Shown here: positions 1-15,810 of the stretch, piece after piece | Position numbering within the stretch: position 1 is the first letter of the stretch | Layout: every line of letters begins with the position of its first letter | Assembly (NCBI RefSeq): GCF_006345805.1 | Contig: NW_021834276.1 | Location: forward strand, 1-50,769 | Direction: 5' to 3' | DNA: 50,769 nucleotides | DNA from: Octopus sinensis | Lineage: Eukaryota | Position numbers and translations under genes: made by a program | Notes under the pieces: generated by a model | The model's input: the letters and a program-made list of their open reading frames with translations, nothing else | The model's database searches: none | What the model was told of the DNA's origin: nothing

Positions 1-6
1 GATAGG

Positions 7-44
<38 letters not shown>

Positions 45-60
45 TAGATAGATAGATAGA
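1..60. repeat. (GATA)n microsatellite
   Basis: Near-pure GATA tetranucleotide run at the window start. Confidence 0.95.
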
Positions 61-2372
61 CTTATATATATGTTTGCTGTTTACACACTATATATATATA
101 TAGAAAGTATACAAACACAAGTTTTTATACATACATAGACACAGTTAATTCACACTCAAATATACTTACACATGCTTCTCCTGATCTATACATGTATACA
201 CACACATGCATAGATACACATATTTATACATTACATTACATAGACATACTTTCACATGCACACACATATACAAACATAAACATGTGTTCCCATATATATA
301 CACGTGTTTTTGTTTGTGTTTTATTTACTGGAGTAGTTCTGTCACTGTTGCCTTAGTTTTTGTGCCATCACTACTACTTCTTTGATGCTGCTGCTGCTGC
401 TGCTATCTGTCTCATTTGTTAATTATTTATTCAGAAACAGAGGCTTCAAGTTGAGCCCTAAATGAATTACTGATTCAAGTTAAATTAAAACCAACTTAGA
501 ACCATAAACCTTTACAGGTAATCAGAGCTCCTGTGTGACTTTAATAGAAAATTTTTTTAAAAATTGAGTAAATAAAATAGAATTAAAAACTGTGGTAGTT
601 AAAAAATTATAAACTACTCTTTTTTTTTTTCAACTCTCCACTAATAATTTTATAGGCAAATAATAATATTCTGTTTAGTTCTAAAGAAATCTGTTATGGC
701 TTCACCACACAAAGATATGAAACGGAATTTGAAAAAAATTTTTTTTATAGTTTCCTATTAATTTTGTTTTATCTCATTTTTATTCCGTTTTGTCCATGTC
801 AACTTGGAAATAAATTATCAGAACAATTTCTCTCTTCTATAGAAAATAAGTCTTAAAGAACTGATTGTCAACTGAAAATAAAATGAAAAAAAAGCAGAAC
901 ATTTATTATAATTTCCAGTTAAATTTCTGTTAAACAAATTTATTATCAAATCAATTTGCTAATGAAATAATTGTATTCCTTCATTTTTCTTTCCTTTTCT
1001 TGTTTATTTATGTGTTTTTATCTTCTTTTAAGCTATAAAAGAAATAACATATCAGACGTGTAGAAAGAAGAAAATCTTGGAAACATTATGAAGCTTTTTC
1101 TAATTAACCATAATACTATATTCTATTATTTTTTAAATGAACCACAAAAGAGAGCAAGACACAGTGGGTGTTAAGTTTAGGTTAAGTTTGAAAACTAAAC
1201 ATTAAAAATTTAAAAATAAAATAAAATAACTAGAAAATTGAAATTTAGTACTAAAATATTCTATTAATTTCTAAATTAAGGAACAAAATACATTCAAAAT
1301 CACATCAAATTATTTCATTAATAATCTAGACTCTTACTATAAAACACTGTGTTTATATAAGATAATGAGGGTTTGTTATGGTATTTTGACAAAAGAGTTA
1401 AAAAATATACAAATATGGTTTTTTTGCTGTTGTTATTTACATTTTTGTATGAAATGAAATCAAAGTAAATTATATAAACAAAGAATGAATAAAAGTCAGC
1501 CTTATCTTAGAATAAAAATTATATATAAAGCATGCCTCAACTTAATTCTATCAGAACACTGCTATTTATTTAGATGTATAATTTAAAATTTGGGGATCCT
1601 ATGGAAAAGTTAATAAAGGAGTGAATCCTAGTGAAAAGATAATCCATATCAAAGAACTATTAATTTAGAAAATTAACAAAGACAAGTATATGGTCCAGAG
1701 TGGTAGATAATTTATTAATTTTCAAAATTTACTGGGGAAAAAATTCTCTCTTTATTGTAGGTTTTTGTTTAATTCCCATCTCTAGTTACTTTACTTCATT
1801 TAATTACTAAGGTATTTTCATAGAAAAATGTGCAAGAACTCACAGACACACAAAAGATAATTCATATTAATTATTTTATAGATACTGTACTGCAGATACT
1901 TCTGGGTAAATTCCATTATCTGCACCCCACCAAAATTAAATCTGAAATAATTCACTATGAATATTAAACATTTATTAAACTTACATCAGTAAAATTAGGG
2001 GAATTCATTTTACTTCATTTTACATCAAAATGTTAATATATTCTTTCAAAAAATAACATCAGAAAAAGTATTCAAAAATGAAAACAAGAAGAAAAGAATT
2101 CCATTACTAAATCAGTAAATATTGAAACCTATGCCTAAATTAAAATTTAAATTTCTGATTTTTAATGAAATAAAGGAATTAATTAATCATCTTATGAGAC
2201 TTACATCACATTTTAAAAAAGAAAGAACATTAATTTAGTAATAGTTAATAAAGTAAATAAAAGGAAATAATATCAAAAATCTAAAATAGAGCAATGAACA
2301 GAAAATGAAATTACCAAACAAAAAAGTGTAGCTTTTAGCAATTGTTAAGGAATTAGATTTAATAGATGAGTA

Positions 2373-2416
<44 letters not shown>

Positions 2417-2494
2417 CATACATACAAACATACATATTATATATTATATATAAATATATGTATACACAAACACACACACAACACAACACACACA

Positions 2495-2533
<39 letters not shown>

Positions 2534-3133
2534 TATATATACACACATATACATATATAGACTATATATAGACATACACATTATATGTATGTATATGTGT
2601 GTATATATATACATATACACACATATATATATAAGTATATGCATATATTTATGTATGTATGTGTGTATATATACACATACATACATATGTGCAAAAACAT
2701 ATTCATAAACATATACATATATACATACGTATATATATATACACACATAAATACATATGTATCTGTGTATATACATAAATACATACATATATATATCTTT
2801 ATATATGTAGATAAATATATACATAATATCTATATGTACATACACACACACACAAACACACACACATATATATGTGTATGCAAACATATATACATACACT
2901 CCAATTATAGCATAACTGTCTGAAGAGTTCATTGTCAACAACATTCTTGTTTAAGAATACACTTGTCATCTACAAAAGTATAGAATGAATCCTCAGATTA
3001 ATGTAAAATTATTTTTTATTATTACTAAACATAAAATCAGATACTGACATCTATCCAGATGTACTGTTGTCACTTTCTTGTATCACCTGTGTGGATGTTT
3101 TGCTTTCTTGTCCCATTTTGTATTTTCATATAC

Positions 3134-3182
<49 letters not shown>

Positions 3183-3273
3183 GCTAGATAGGTAGAAAGA
3201 GAGAGAGGGAGAGATGGATAGCTAGACAGAAAGATAGATGTATGAGTTTGTGTATGTATGAAAACATGAGTGC

Positions 3274-3308
<35 letters not shown>

Positions 3309-3970
3309 AAGTATAGGTGCATATACATTTGAATGTCGTATATATGTACTGATATATGTTATAAGAATATAAAAGGATAAGGTGTCCAATGGCATAGCCA
3401 ATGATAAAACAACATCCCTAGGACTGGTGTCACAATAATATGGACCAAATACAGTGTAAAAAGTTGGCATTAGTAAGGGTATTCAGACATGAAAACTAAG
3501 TGCAAAATGGAAAGTGAAGTGAGATAAGTGAACTCACCTGTATTTGAGAAATAACAGAAACATGACAGTAACTAATTAGGTATGATAAAATGAAAAACAA
3601 AGGACATTTGAATATAGGTGTAAATATGATGAGTGATACAAAAGTGCACACAAATATATATATGACAGTAAGTAAATATATGTAGCTAGGCATGTATTTA
3701 CATATGCATAGATACATACATATATAAATATACATAGATATATAAACACATACATATATACATACATACATACATATATACCTACATACATATATACATA
3801 AATACATATATACATACATATATATATATATATATATACATATACATACATATATATATATATATACATACATATATATATACATACATATATATATACG
3901 TACAGTGTATACATACATACTATATATATACATACATAATATGTATGTATAATATATATATATATACACA

Positions 3971-4018
<48 letters not shown>

Positions 4019-4392
4019 AGATATATATGCATATATACATGCACATATATATATGTATAAAATTATGAGTGTGTTCGGGATGGGGTGCCAATGATGAGTA
4101 TGAAGTGGGAGACAGAGAATAGTTACTGGAATATGAGTACTCAATGCCATGTAAAAGGGTGCTTAATATAAAACAGAGCCCAAATCCATTCAAATAATAT
4201 CAAAGTTATAATACAACACAAAATTATATGAGTGTGTGGTCTATATAGTTGTGCTTGTATTTGTACATACATACATACATACATATATTTATATATATAT
4301 ATATTATATATATATACATACAAGTATGTTTATGCATATATATAAGTATATACATATAAATACATATTGATATGTATAGAGATATGCATAAA

Positions 4393-4426
<34 letters not shown>

Positions 4427-4939
4427 CGATATATATGCACACATATAGATATAAATATGTATATATAAACATATATATATACATACATATTTATATATAC
4501 ATGCATGTATATATATATACATATATATATATGCACTCACAAATACATAGTTACAGATATATATATGAATAAATTTGTATATATATTGGTATATGTTGCT
4601 ATAAAATATATATTTATATATATATATAGATATATTTAGGTATATATATATAAATATATATATATATTTGATTTGGTTATGAAACATATATATATGGATG
4701 TATATCAATAAATATAGATATATTTATATATGCATATACACATGAGTATATAAGAATACATATTGTACATTCTAATACTTAAATTATGTAAGTTTGTGAT
4801 AATGTGAACACCTACATACATACACTCATATATACATATGAATGTTTATATGTATATATTTACGCATATATATCTACATAATTCATATATGTGTATACAC
4901 ATGTTTGTGTCACTATGTATGTATGTATATATATATAAA

Positions 4940-5161
4940 GGCGGCGAGCTGGCAGAAACGTTAGCACGCCGGGCGAAATGCTTTGTGGTATTTCGTCTGT
5001 CGCTACGTTCTGAGTTCAAATTCCGCCGAGGTCGACTTTGCCTTCATCCTTCCGGGGTCGATAAATAATACCAGTTTCTCACTGGGGTCGATGTAATCGG
5101 CTTAATCCGTTTGTCTGTCCTTGTTTGTCCCCTCCATGTTTAGCCCCTGTGGGGTAATAGA

Positions 5162-5166
<5 letters not shown>
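4940..5166 (+). mobile_element. tRNA-headed SINE family A (Meta-domain-like), full-length copy
   Basis: GGCGGCGAGCTGGCAGAAACGTTAGC head, B-box-like GAGTTCAAATTCC, central GCCTTCATCCTTCCGGGGTCGATAAA and end AGAAATA. At least 7 similar copies occur in the window. The Meta-domain label is from recall. Confidence 0.85.
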
Positions 5167-5194
<28 letters not shown>

Positions 5195-5330
5195 CTTACA
5201 TATATATTGATATGTATATATACAGACACAGGTGTATATATATATTTACATATGTATATTGATATGTATACATATAAATACAGGTATATATATACATATA
5301 TACACAAATATATACATATATATACAGGTA

Positions 5331-5438
5331 TCATCATCATCATCATCATTTGAACATCCGTTTTCAATGCTAGCATGGGTTGGACGGTTCGAGTGTGGTC
5401 TGGGAAGCCAGGAGGCTGCACCAGGCTCCTGTTTGATT
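5331..5438 (-). mobile_element. RTE-type retroelement 3' end with (ATG)n tail
   Basis: (TCA)n-TTTGAACATCCGTTTTCAATGCTAGCATGGGTTGGACGG, the reverse complement of the family seen at 36176-36467. Confidence 0.75.
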
Positions 5439-5550
5439 GTATATATATATACAGGTATATATATATATATAAACATATATATATATATATTTATATAGAG
5501 GTATATATATACAGTTAAATATACATATATATATATCCACAGGTACTTAT

Positions 5551-5582
<32 letters not shown>

Positions 5583-6546
5583 ATATATATACAGGTATTT
5601 ATATATGTATATATACAGGTACATATATACATACAGGTATGTATATATATGTATACATATGGGTATATATATAAATACACACACACATATATATATATAT
5701 ACACATACATATATCGATGTGTAATTATATATTTATACACATACATGTAACATACACACACACACACACATATCTACAAATATACATCTATAAGTATAGA
5801 TATACATCTATATTCCCCTGTAAACACAGAAATATATGTGTGTGTATACACACACACACTTTCTATGTATATATATATGCATGTATGTATGACTTTTCAC
5901 CTGTAGGCAATACACACACAAGGACGTAGAAGTCAAAAGTTTCAAAATATTAATATACAATTTGTGCAACAGCTAATACCAGAATGCTTTCTCCATAGGT
6001 TATGCAAGACAGCATATAAATACATACAAACATGCATATACACATATATATAAATGTATATATATATGTATATGTATATTTATTTGTATATATATAAATA
6101 TATATTTTGTATGTAGATATATATACATATATATATATGTATATATACATTTATATGAGTGTATATAATGTAAGTATATATATATAGATATATATATATA
6201 TTTATATGTATATATATATCAATAAAGTTATATATACTTATATGTATTATATTTATATGTATATTTATATGTATATATATCAACATATTTACATATCTAT
6301 ATATATATATTTATATATATATTTATATGTATATATACCAAATATTTATATATATATATATAATATATATATAAATATATATATAAAAGTATATATATTT
6401 ATATCTATAATAATATATGTCAATATATTTAATATATAATACTTATTATATATGTGTTATATATATATATTTATATGTATATTTATATGTATATATCAAT
6501 ATATTTATATATATATATAAGTATATTTATATATACATACATATCT

Positions 6547-6672
<126 letters not shown>

Positions 6673-6700
6673 TCTGTAGATATATATACATAGATATACT

Positions 6701-6928
6701 CTATCATTAAAGCTGCAAAAACCTCACGAAAACGTCACAAAAACTGTTTCATGTTCCCATTCGTTGGACTGTTGTGATCCAGAGTAAGGATCACAACTGC
6801 CTGATGAAGGGGAATGTGAACCCCTGAGTAGAATTTTTCTTGTAATATTGTTTTTGATATTTTTGCTGCTTTAAAAATAAAGTACATTACTCTACCTCCG
6901 GTATTTGAGTACTATTTTTTTCCCAACA
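6701..6928 (+). mobile_element. Probable Penelope-like element terminal remnant with a broken hammerhead motif
   Basis: 10-bp hairpin GTTGTGATCC/GGATCACAAC (6771-6797), then CTGATGA (6801-6807), stem AGGGG/CCCCT, then GAGT instead of GAAA. Confidence 0.45.
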
Positions 6929-6983
6929 TATGTATGTATATGTATATTATATATCTATATATATATATATATATATATAAGAT

Positions 6984-7021
<38 letters not shown>

Positions 7022-7094
7022 TCTATATATATATATATATTTTATATATTTATATATATATATATATATAATATTATATATATATATCATCATC

Positions 7095-7150
7095 TCGTCG
7101 TTTAACGTCCGTTCTCCATGCTAGCATGGAGAACGGACGTTAAACGACGA
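7095..7150. repeat. Perfect 56-bp palindrome formed from an RTE-type 3' tail
   Basis: TCGTCGTTTAACGTCCGTTCTCCATGCT|AGCATGGAGAACGGACGTTAAACGACGA has no spacer and no mismatch. It is flanked by (CAT)n and (TGA)n tails. Confidence 0.95.
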
Positions 7151-7153
7151 TGA

Positions 7154-7240
<87 letters not shown>

Positions 7241-7469
7241 GTACACATTCATATATATACGTATTATGTACAAGGTTATATTTGCATATATATTCATGTA
7301 TATGAGTATGTGTTTGTGTTTGTTTGTGTTTCTGTGTATGTGTGTATACATATATCATACTTGTTTCATTCATTACACTACAACCATAGTATGACATAGC
7401 TTTAGGGAAATTTTGTTGAAGGAATCCTCCCAAGAGGTTATACTTTAAACCTGTTAATTGTTCTATTAG

Positions 7470-7612
7470 TTTCGTTTGCCAAACCACTAGGTTACAAGAC
7501 ACAAACACACCACTAACGGTTCTCAAGCAGTGGTAGTGGTGGCGGTGGTGTTGAGGTGCAAACACAACCAGTGGGACGGAACACAAAATGATGTTGTTGG
7601 GAAACAACTGCT
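7470..7612 (-). mobile_element. Highly degenerate SINE family B fragment
   Basis: TTTGCCAAACCACTAGGTTACAAGACACAAACACACCA...CAGTGGGACGGAAC resembles the copy at 37832-38227. Confidence 0.5.
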
Positions 7613-7712
7613 ATTTATTTGTAATTATATATATACATATGAAATAATATATTTACATGGATATATACATACAGATAAATATATATATTTATATGTATGT
7701 GTGTATATATAC

Positions 7713-7758
<46 letters not shown>

Positions 7759-7770
7759 ATTATTTGTATG

Positions 7771-7808
<38 letters not shown>

Positions 7809-8154
7809 GTATGTATATAGGTGCTATTAAGTTAGACATGGCCTGGGCCAATAATGGCCGAAACCTATCAAAGTATCAAAGTATCAAAGTATGCATTCTT
7901 ATGTACATACTAAAATACATATATGATGAGATTATCATATTTGCATACACATTTCTAAGTATGTATATATATATATATATATATAGGTATAGGAGTATAT
8001 AAGTAATTACATGCTTATAGGTGAGGAAGTGGATACCATTTTGATCAGATGTATATATATATGTAGATATATGTCAATGTTTTAATATATTAATGTATAT
8101 TAGTATATTAGTATATACATATATGCACCGATAATACATATACATGTGTGTGTG

Positions 8155-8187
<33 letters not shown>

Positions 8188-8208
8188 ATATATATATACG
8201 TAACACAC

Positions 8209-8244
<36 letters not shown>

Positions 8245-8493
8245 GAATCATATCTATATACATATGCGACTGTTCCTTAAGGTCTCTCAAATTCATGTAC
8301 AAATACATATATACACACACACATATATTATCACCTGTATCTATGTATACATGTACATATATGCATGTGTGTATGTGTGTTTGTCTCTTGGTCTGTCTAT
8401 ATGTATATAAATATGCATATTTGTTGTTCATATGTATACATATATGCATGCGGGCATACATAGATACATATGTATATATCTCTGTATCTGTGA

Positions 8494-8538
<45 letters not shown>

Positions 8539-9191
8539 TACATATATATATATACATATATACACACACAAACAAATTCATGTAAACATACACACAAACA
8601 TATACATAAGAGTACAAATAAGTGAATATAACTATATATATACATACATATATATAACAAAGTGAAGTTATATATATATATATATATAAATATATACAGA
8701 CATAATCTTATGCATTCAGGAAGAGAAACACACAAGTATATATATTTATAAATACATATACATAAACATATATATTGAGTATATATGTTGGTGTGTGTGT
8801 GGGTGTGGGTGTATGGTCATTAATATATATGCTTGCCAATATACGTAACTAAGTGTATATGTATGTATGTATGCTTGTTATGTATTTATGTATGTATGTA
8901 TCTGTCTGTGTATCTATCTATCTATATATGTATATGCAAGCATATCTCTATAGAAATATGTATATACTTGAGTGTTTGTCAACAAATACACACAAACACA
9001 TTCATACACAATCATAAAAATATATATTCATACATATGGATACAAATATGTGTATATGTCAATATATATATTTATATATATATATGCAAACACACACATA
9101 TATTTATCACCTGTATGTGAATCATTTATATATATAATATACTACATATATATTGTATATACATATACATATATATACATATACATATATA

Positions 9192-9269
<78 letters not shown>

Positions 9270-9270
<1 letters not shown>

Positions 9271-9661
9271 TACATTCACTAGACATACACCCATATATAT
9301 TTATATATGTAAATATATATTAAGTATATATATAACTATATATATATATATATACAATCTTTATAGATGTGACCATTAACATATATATACTTACCAATAC
9401 ACATATCTCTGTGTGCATATATCAATTCATCTATATGCCCATAGATTATTAAAACAACAAATCTCAACTATATATTAGTCTATATAAATAATTATGTACA
9501 TATACTGTACTTATACTCATATATAATATAGTAATATATGCATTATATATCTTTATCTATCTATACAACTATATATCTATGCATGTGTACATATATATGT
9601 GCAGATTTATAGAAATATATGTATATACATTACATATATATACATATACATATATATACAT

Positions 9662-9710
<49 letters not shown>

Positions 9711-10095
9711 CATACATATATATATAGTGTTATACATTCACTAAGACATACACCCATATATATTTATATATGTAAATATATATTAAGTATATATATATTA
9801 TATATATTATATATATATCATCTTTATAGATGTGACCATTAACATATATATACTTACCAATACACATATCTCTGTGTGCATATATCAATTCATCTATATG
9901 CCCATAGACATGTATTAACACAACAAATCTCAACTATATATTAGTCTATATAAATAATTATGTACATATACTGTACTTATACTCATATATAATATAGTAA
10001 TATATGCATTATATATCTTTATCTATCTATACAACTATATATCTATGCATGTGTACATATATATGTGCAGATTTATAGAAATATATGTATATACA
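9270..10095. repeat. Tandem duplication, period about 465 bp, 2 copies
   Basis: TACATTCACT...GCAGATTTATAGAAAT recurs (9271 vs 9733; 9601 vs 10067). The copies are separated by (TA)n. Confidence 0.9.
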
Positions 10096-10103
10096 TACGT
10101 ACG

Positions 10104-10139
<36 letters not shown>

Positions 10140-10613
10140 CTCTCACAGATAAATGTATTAATATGAATATTTCCATCAGTATATACGAATACATACACAC
10201 ACATATACATATATATATATATATATATACATATATGTATGTATATATATATATATATATGTATATATATGTGTGTGTGTGGACATGTGTATATGAATTT
10301 TAGGGTATGTATATTTATAGAAATTTTTACACACATATAGAAAATATGTATATAACACTATATATACATTATAAATAAATGTATATAAACAAGTGTATAA
10401 ATATGCTAAAACATGCACAAATATATGCACCAATGCACTTGTTTGTGTGAATATATATATATGTATATATATATACATATATATATTTTATACATGTATA
10501 AATAAGCAGACATGCAGTTGTTTGTGTGTTTATATTTACATATATATACATGCATAATATGAATATTTTATGTATATACATATATATGTATATAAATCTA
10601 TATCTATCTATCT

Positions 10614-10654
<41 letters not shown>

Positions 10655-10921
10655 ACACATATATATATCTATTATATGTATACACACACACATATATATT
10701 TATATACTCACACATACACATACATAAATATCAGTGTTACTATGTGTGTGTATATAAATATATATGTATGAATATGCATAAAGATAAACATTCCATGCAT
10801 AAAATACATGCATATACACATATTTACATATTGATTCTTAATGTATCTATTGATACTTAATTAATTATAGAAGGAAATTTTTATTTGCATATGCAAAATC
10901 ATAGATCATCAAAGATACATC

Positions 10922-10937
10922 TATGTATGTATGTATG

Positions 10938-10968
<31 letters not shown>

Positions 10969-11071
10969 TGTATGTATGTATGTATGTAATGTATGTTGTA
11001 TGTAATGTATGTATGTATGTATGTATGTATGTATGTATGTATGTATGTATGTATGTATGTATGTATGTATG

Positions 11072-11102
<31 letters not shown>

Positions 11103-11186
11103 TGTATGTATGTATGTATGTATGTATGTATGTATGTATGTATGTATTATGTATATATGTATGTAGTTATGTATTATGTATGTATG

Positions 11187-11217
<31 letters not shown>

Positions 11218-11227
11218 TGTATGTATG

Positions 11228-11258
<31 letters not shown>

Positions 11259-11260
11259 TG

Positions 11261-11294
<34 letters not shown>

Positions 11295-11382
11295 TGTATG
11301 TATTATGTATATATGTATGTAGTTATGTATTATGTATGTATGTATGTATCTATGTATGTATGTATGTATGTATGTATGTATA
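10922..11382. repeat. (TATG)n microsatellite array with an internal 156-bp higher-order duplication
   Basis: TATG run; the interruption GTAGTTATGTATTATG recurs at 11163 and 11319. Confidence 0.92.
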
Positions 11383-11754
11383 TATCTATCTATCTATCTA
11401 TCTATCTATAAATTTATATAAATGTATAAACAGATAAATATACATTCTTACATAGGTATTATATATTTATTTGTGTGTACATAAATATATTATATATATC
11501 TATATGTATACATTCACATGTGTATATTCACATATGTATACTTATATTCATACATTTAGATGGACATATGTGTATATGAACACAGATTTTTTTATACTTA
11601 TATGAATAGTTTTATACTTATATGTACACATATATGTAAATGCCCACACATACATTCACACAGACTTCTATATATTCAATTTTATTGAAGCTGAAATAGA
11701 GCAAACTTTTACCCATAGTTTAGTAAGTCTTCAGAAAATTGTGATAATATTGAT

Positions 11755-11787
<33 letters not shown>

Positions 11788-11857
11788 CACTCATATATAT
11801 ATACATGAATATATATACACACATACAAGTGTATACATGCATGCATGCATACATACA

Positions 11858-12096
11858 TACATACACACACACACATTCATACATCATACATACATACATA
11901 TGCATACATACATACATACATACATACACACATACATACATGCATACATACATGCATACATACATGCATACATACATACATGCATGCATGCATGCATGCA
12001 TACATACATACATACATAATACATACATACATACATACATACATTCATACATACATACATACATACATACATACATACATACATACATACATACAT
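11858..12096. repeat. (CATA)n microsatellite
   Basis: CATA/CATG run. Confidence 0.9.
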
Positions 12097-12577
12097 AGGT
12101 ACACAGATATAGATATGTCTTCTGTTTGTTATATAACAGTGTAACCCGAGCATGTGTTAGATGAATACAACGTTGCAGAATAGTTTTACAGCCAGATGCC
12201 CTTCTCCATGCTAACTCTTACATGTCCACATGCAAGGGAAATCCTATTTGTCATAGCTTCGTTCATTTTAATTCAATTTACAAACTGTTTAGTAGGGGAT
12301 GTGCTAAGAACAACACTTCTGAAAGCTGTAATTTTCTATTAAATTTACATGGATATAAAGTTACACTGAGACATCACACACACACACACACACAGACATG
12401 TATACATACAAACATACATATATATATAGACACACACACATATATATATACATACATACACAGACATATATACCTACACATTCATATACCTACATATACA
12501 CATATATACACGCACAAGCATAAATACATAAACACACACACAGATATATACATATACACACCCACAGATATATATAC

Positions 12578-12792
12578 ACACACATATGGATACATATGTA
12601 TGTATAATAAATATATAATATACATATACATATATATATATGCATACATATATATATGTATATATATATGCACATATATATATGTATATATATATATATA
12701 CATATATAATATACATATATATATTTAAATACAAATACAAATATATGTAAGTAATTATATATACATATATATGTATGTATACTTATATGTAC

Positions 12793-12827
<35 letters not shown>

Positions 12828-13289
12828 TATTTGTATTTGTATATATATTTATATATGCATATTATATATGTGTATAATATATATATATATAGATATGTGT
12901 GTGTGTATATGTGAATTTGTGTAAGTATATATCTGGGGTGTATATATTATTTATGTTTGTGCACCTATGTACACACATATGGATACATATGTATGTATAA
13001 TAAATATATAATATACATATACATATGTATATTAAATGCAAATACAAATATATGTATGTAATTATATATACATATATATGTATGTATACTTATATGTACA
13101 TATATATATATATATATAATATTATATATATAATATATTTGTATTTGTATATATATTTATATATATGCATTTATATATGTGTATATATAGTATTATCATA
13201 TATATATATACATATGTGTGTGTGTATATGTGAATTTTGTGAAGTATATATCTGTGGGTGTATATATGTATTTATGTTTGTGCACCTAT
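12578..13289. repeat. Tandem duplication of low-complexity DNA (units about 393 and 319 bp)
   Basis: ACACACATATGGATACATATG at 12578 and 12971; both units end TTTATGTTTGTGCACCTAT. Confidence 0.85.
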
Positions 13290-14065
13290 ATATATATGTG
13301 TGTGTGTATGTATGTATATATATATATATATATATGTTTGTATATATACATATGTATGTATATATATATATATGTTTGTATATATATATATGTATGTGTA
13401 TGTATATATGTCTGTGTATGTGCATATTTATTTTTATATGTATATATATGTATGTGAATATATATCTACTGATATATATATATATACAGGAAACCTAAAG
13501 TTTACATATGATGCTATAATTTTTTTTTCATCTAGTTTCAGCTCACGAGCTGTGGCCATGCTGGGGCACTGCCATTCATATGTATATATAAAAAAGACAA
13601 AACAACTGGAACAAGTACACAACAGGCAATACATACATATATATAGATAGGTAGATAGATAGATAAATAGATAGTGAGATAGGTAACTACTAGATAGATA
13701 GATAGACAGGCAGATAGATATATTCTTTTCATTTTACACCTAAGAAATCATTACAACATATAGTTTAGTAAAAGTAAATACTAGAGGACACTTGGCTAAG
13801 GTACTGTACAGTGAAACTGAACTTGAAACAAGCTTGTTTCTATATGTGTACCTATGCCAATAGGACTATATATACATGTGCTTGCGCATGCTTGCATGTA
13901 TGTGTATGCACATATATATACACACACGCATACATACTAAATTCTGCTATATATATATATTCATAAACATATATATTTGTATTTATACATTCATATATAT
14001 ATATACACAAATATGTTTGTGTGTGTGTTTGCATATGTATATATATGTGTTTGTATATGTGTGTG

Positions 14066-14102
<37 letters not shown>

Positions 14103-14694
14103 GTATATATATATATATATGTATGTATATATATATTTATATACATACACAAACACACACACACATATATATATATACATATATATATACATATATACTT
14201 ACATAAAAACAACAATGTCTAAATATATAAAAGGTTAAGAATAGCGTTGTTTGGCTTATTATTATACCACATAGTTATGTATACATTCATATATATACAT
14301 ATAGATATTTATACAGGTGTTGCAAACTTAGAAATAGTAAGACACACAACGTATGTATATATGTACTATATATACAAATTGTTTCCTCTTTTTGTATGTA
14401 TGTCTTTGGGTGGAGTACTTGTGAATGCATAATTGTATATAAATATGCATATGTTTGTAAAAATTTATGTTTGTATATATATATATATATATGTAAATTT
14501 TTATATTCATATATATATATATACACACACATACACATATGAACGTGTATCATTCATTTATGTCTAAGAATTTGTAAAGAATCTGCTACCAAATAACTAT
14601 AAACTTGCTTGTGTGGGTGTGTGTGTTTGAGTTTGTGTCTTATTTTGTATTTCTCTCACTCACTCTACATATATGCATACATCATAAAATATAC

Positions 14695-14741
<47 letters not shown>

Positions 14742-15589
14742 TACTTATACATTAGTGTGTGTATGTTTACATAAGTGTGTTTATGTTAGTATACATATAC
14801 ATAGATATACATGAATATATGACTGCATATAGATGATTACGTATAAATATGTAGAAAAATATATACACACATATACACAATGTTTCATAACATAAAGTAC
14901 ATACATAGCTGTGATCGCGTGTATGTGTTTTTGCATAGGAATGTATGTATATCTAACTAGAATTCTGTGATCATTCTTGCCTGAAATTTTTCTTCAGTTT
15001 ATCAGCAACATCCCTCATTTCCCCTCAATCTATATGTGCATGTGTGTATATGTGTGTATAATATCTATATGCACATATTCATGTGTGTATATAATATTTA
15101 TAAGCACACATATGTAGTTATATGCACATGTATACTTAAATATACATATGTATACTAATATATATATATAAATCCATATTCTATTTTAAGATATACATTT
15201 ATAGATATACAGGTATGTATAAATATACCTTTATACATATATAAGCAAGTATATACATGTGTGTGCATATATATGTGTGTGTGTCTACATACACAGACAT
15301 AAGAATTTACATATATATATATATACACCAGTATGTCCATATATATTCATACATAAATATCGATTGATTTCTCTTTTGTCAATATATTCATATTTACAAA
15401 CATGTATATATATGCATATGTGTGCATATTTATATACATATACGCATATAATGAATACTGCCACACACACACACACATTACTTTATAAAGACATATATAC
15501 ATAACTAAACAATATATTGATGAAAAATGAATTGTTCGTTTTATACTTATTCCATGCCTCTCTCTCTATATATAAATGTTTTAGTTAAA

Positions 15590-15810
15590 CCTTTTACTTG
15601 TTTCAGTCAGTACATTGTGGCCATGCTGGGGCACGAAGAATTTATAACCTTGTACTTATTCTATCAGTGTCTTTTGCCGAACTTCTAAGTTAAGGGGACA
15701 TAAACAAGCCAATACCAACTGACAAGCAATGGTGAGGGACAAGCACAGACACAGACACAAACACACACACAGACACAGACACACACACACTCACACACAC
15801 ACACACACAC
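15590..15810 (-). mobile_element. SINE family B, 3' half, degenerate
   Basis: CTTTTACTTGTTTCAGTC...GCCATGCTGGGGCAC...TTTTGCCGAAC...GACAAGCACAGACAC. Confidence 0.7.
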
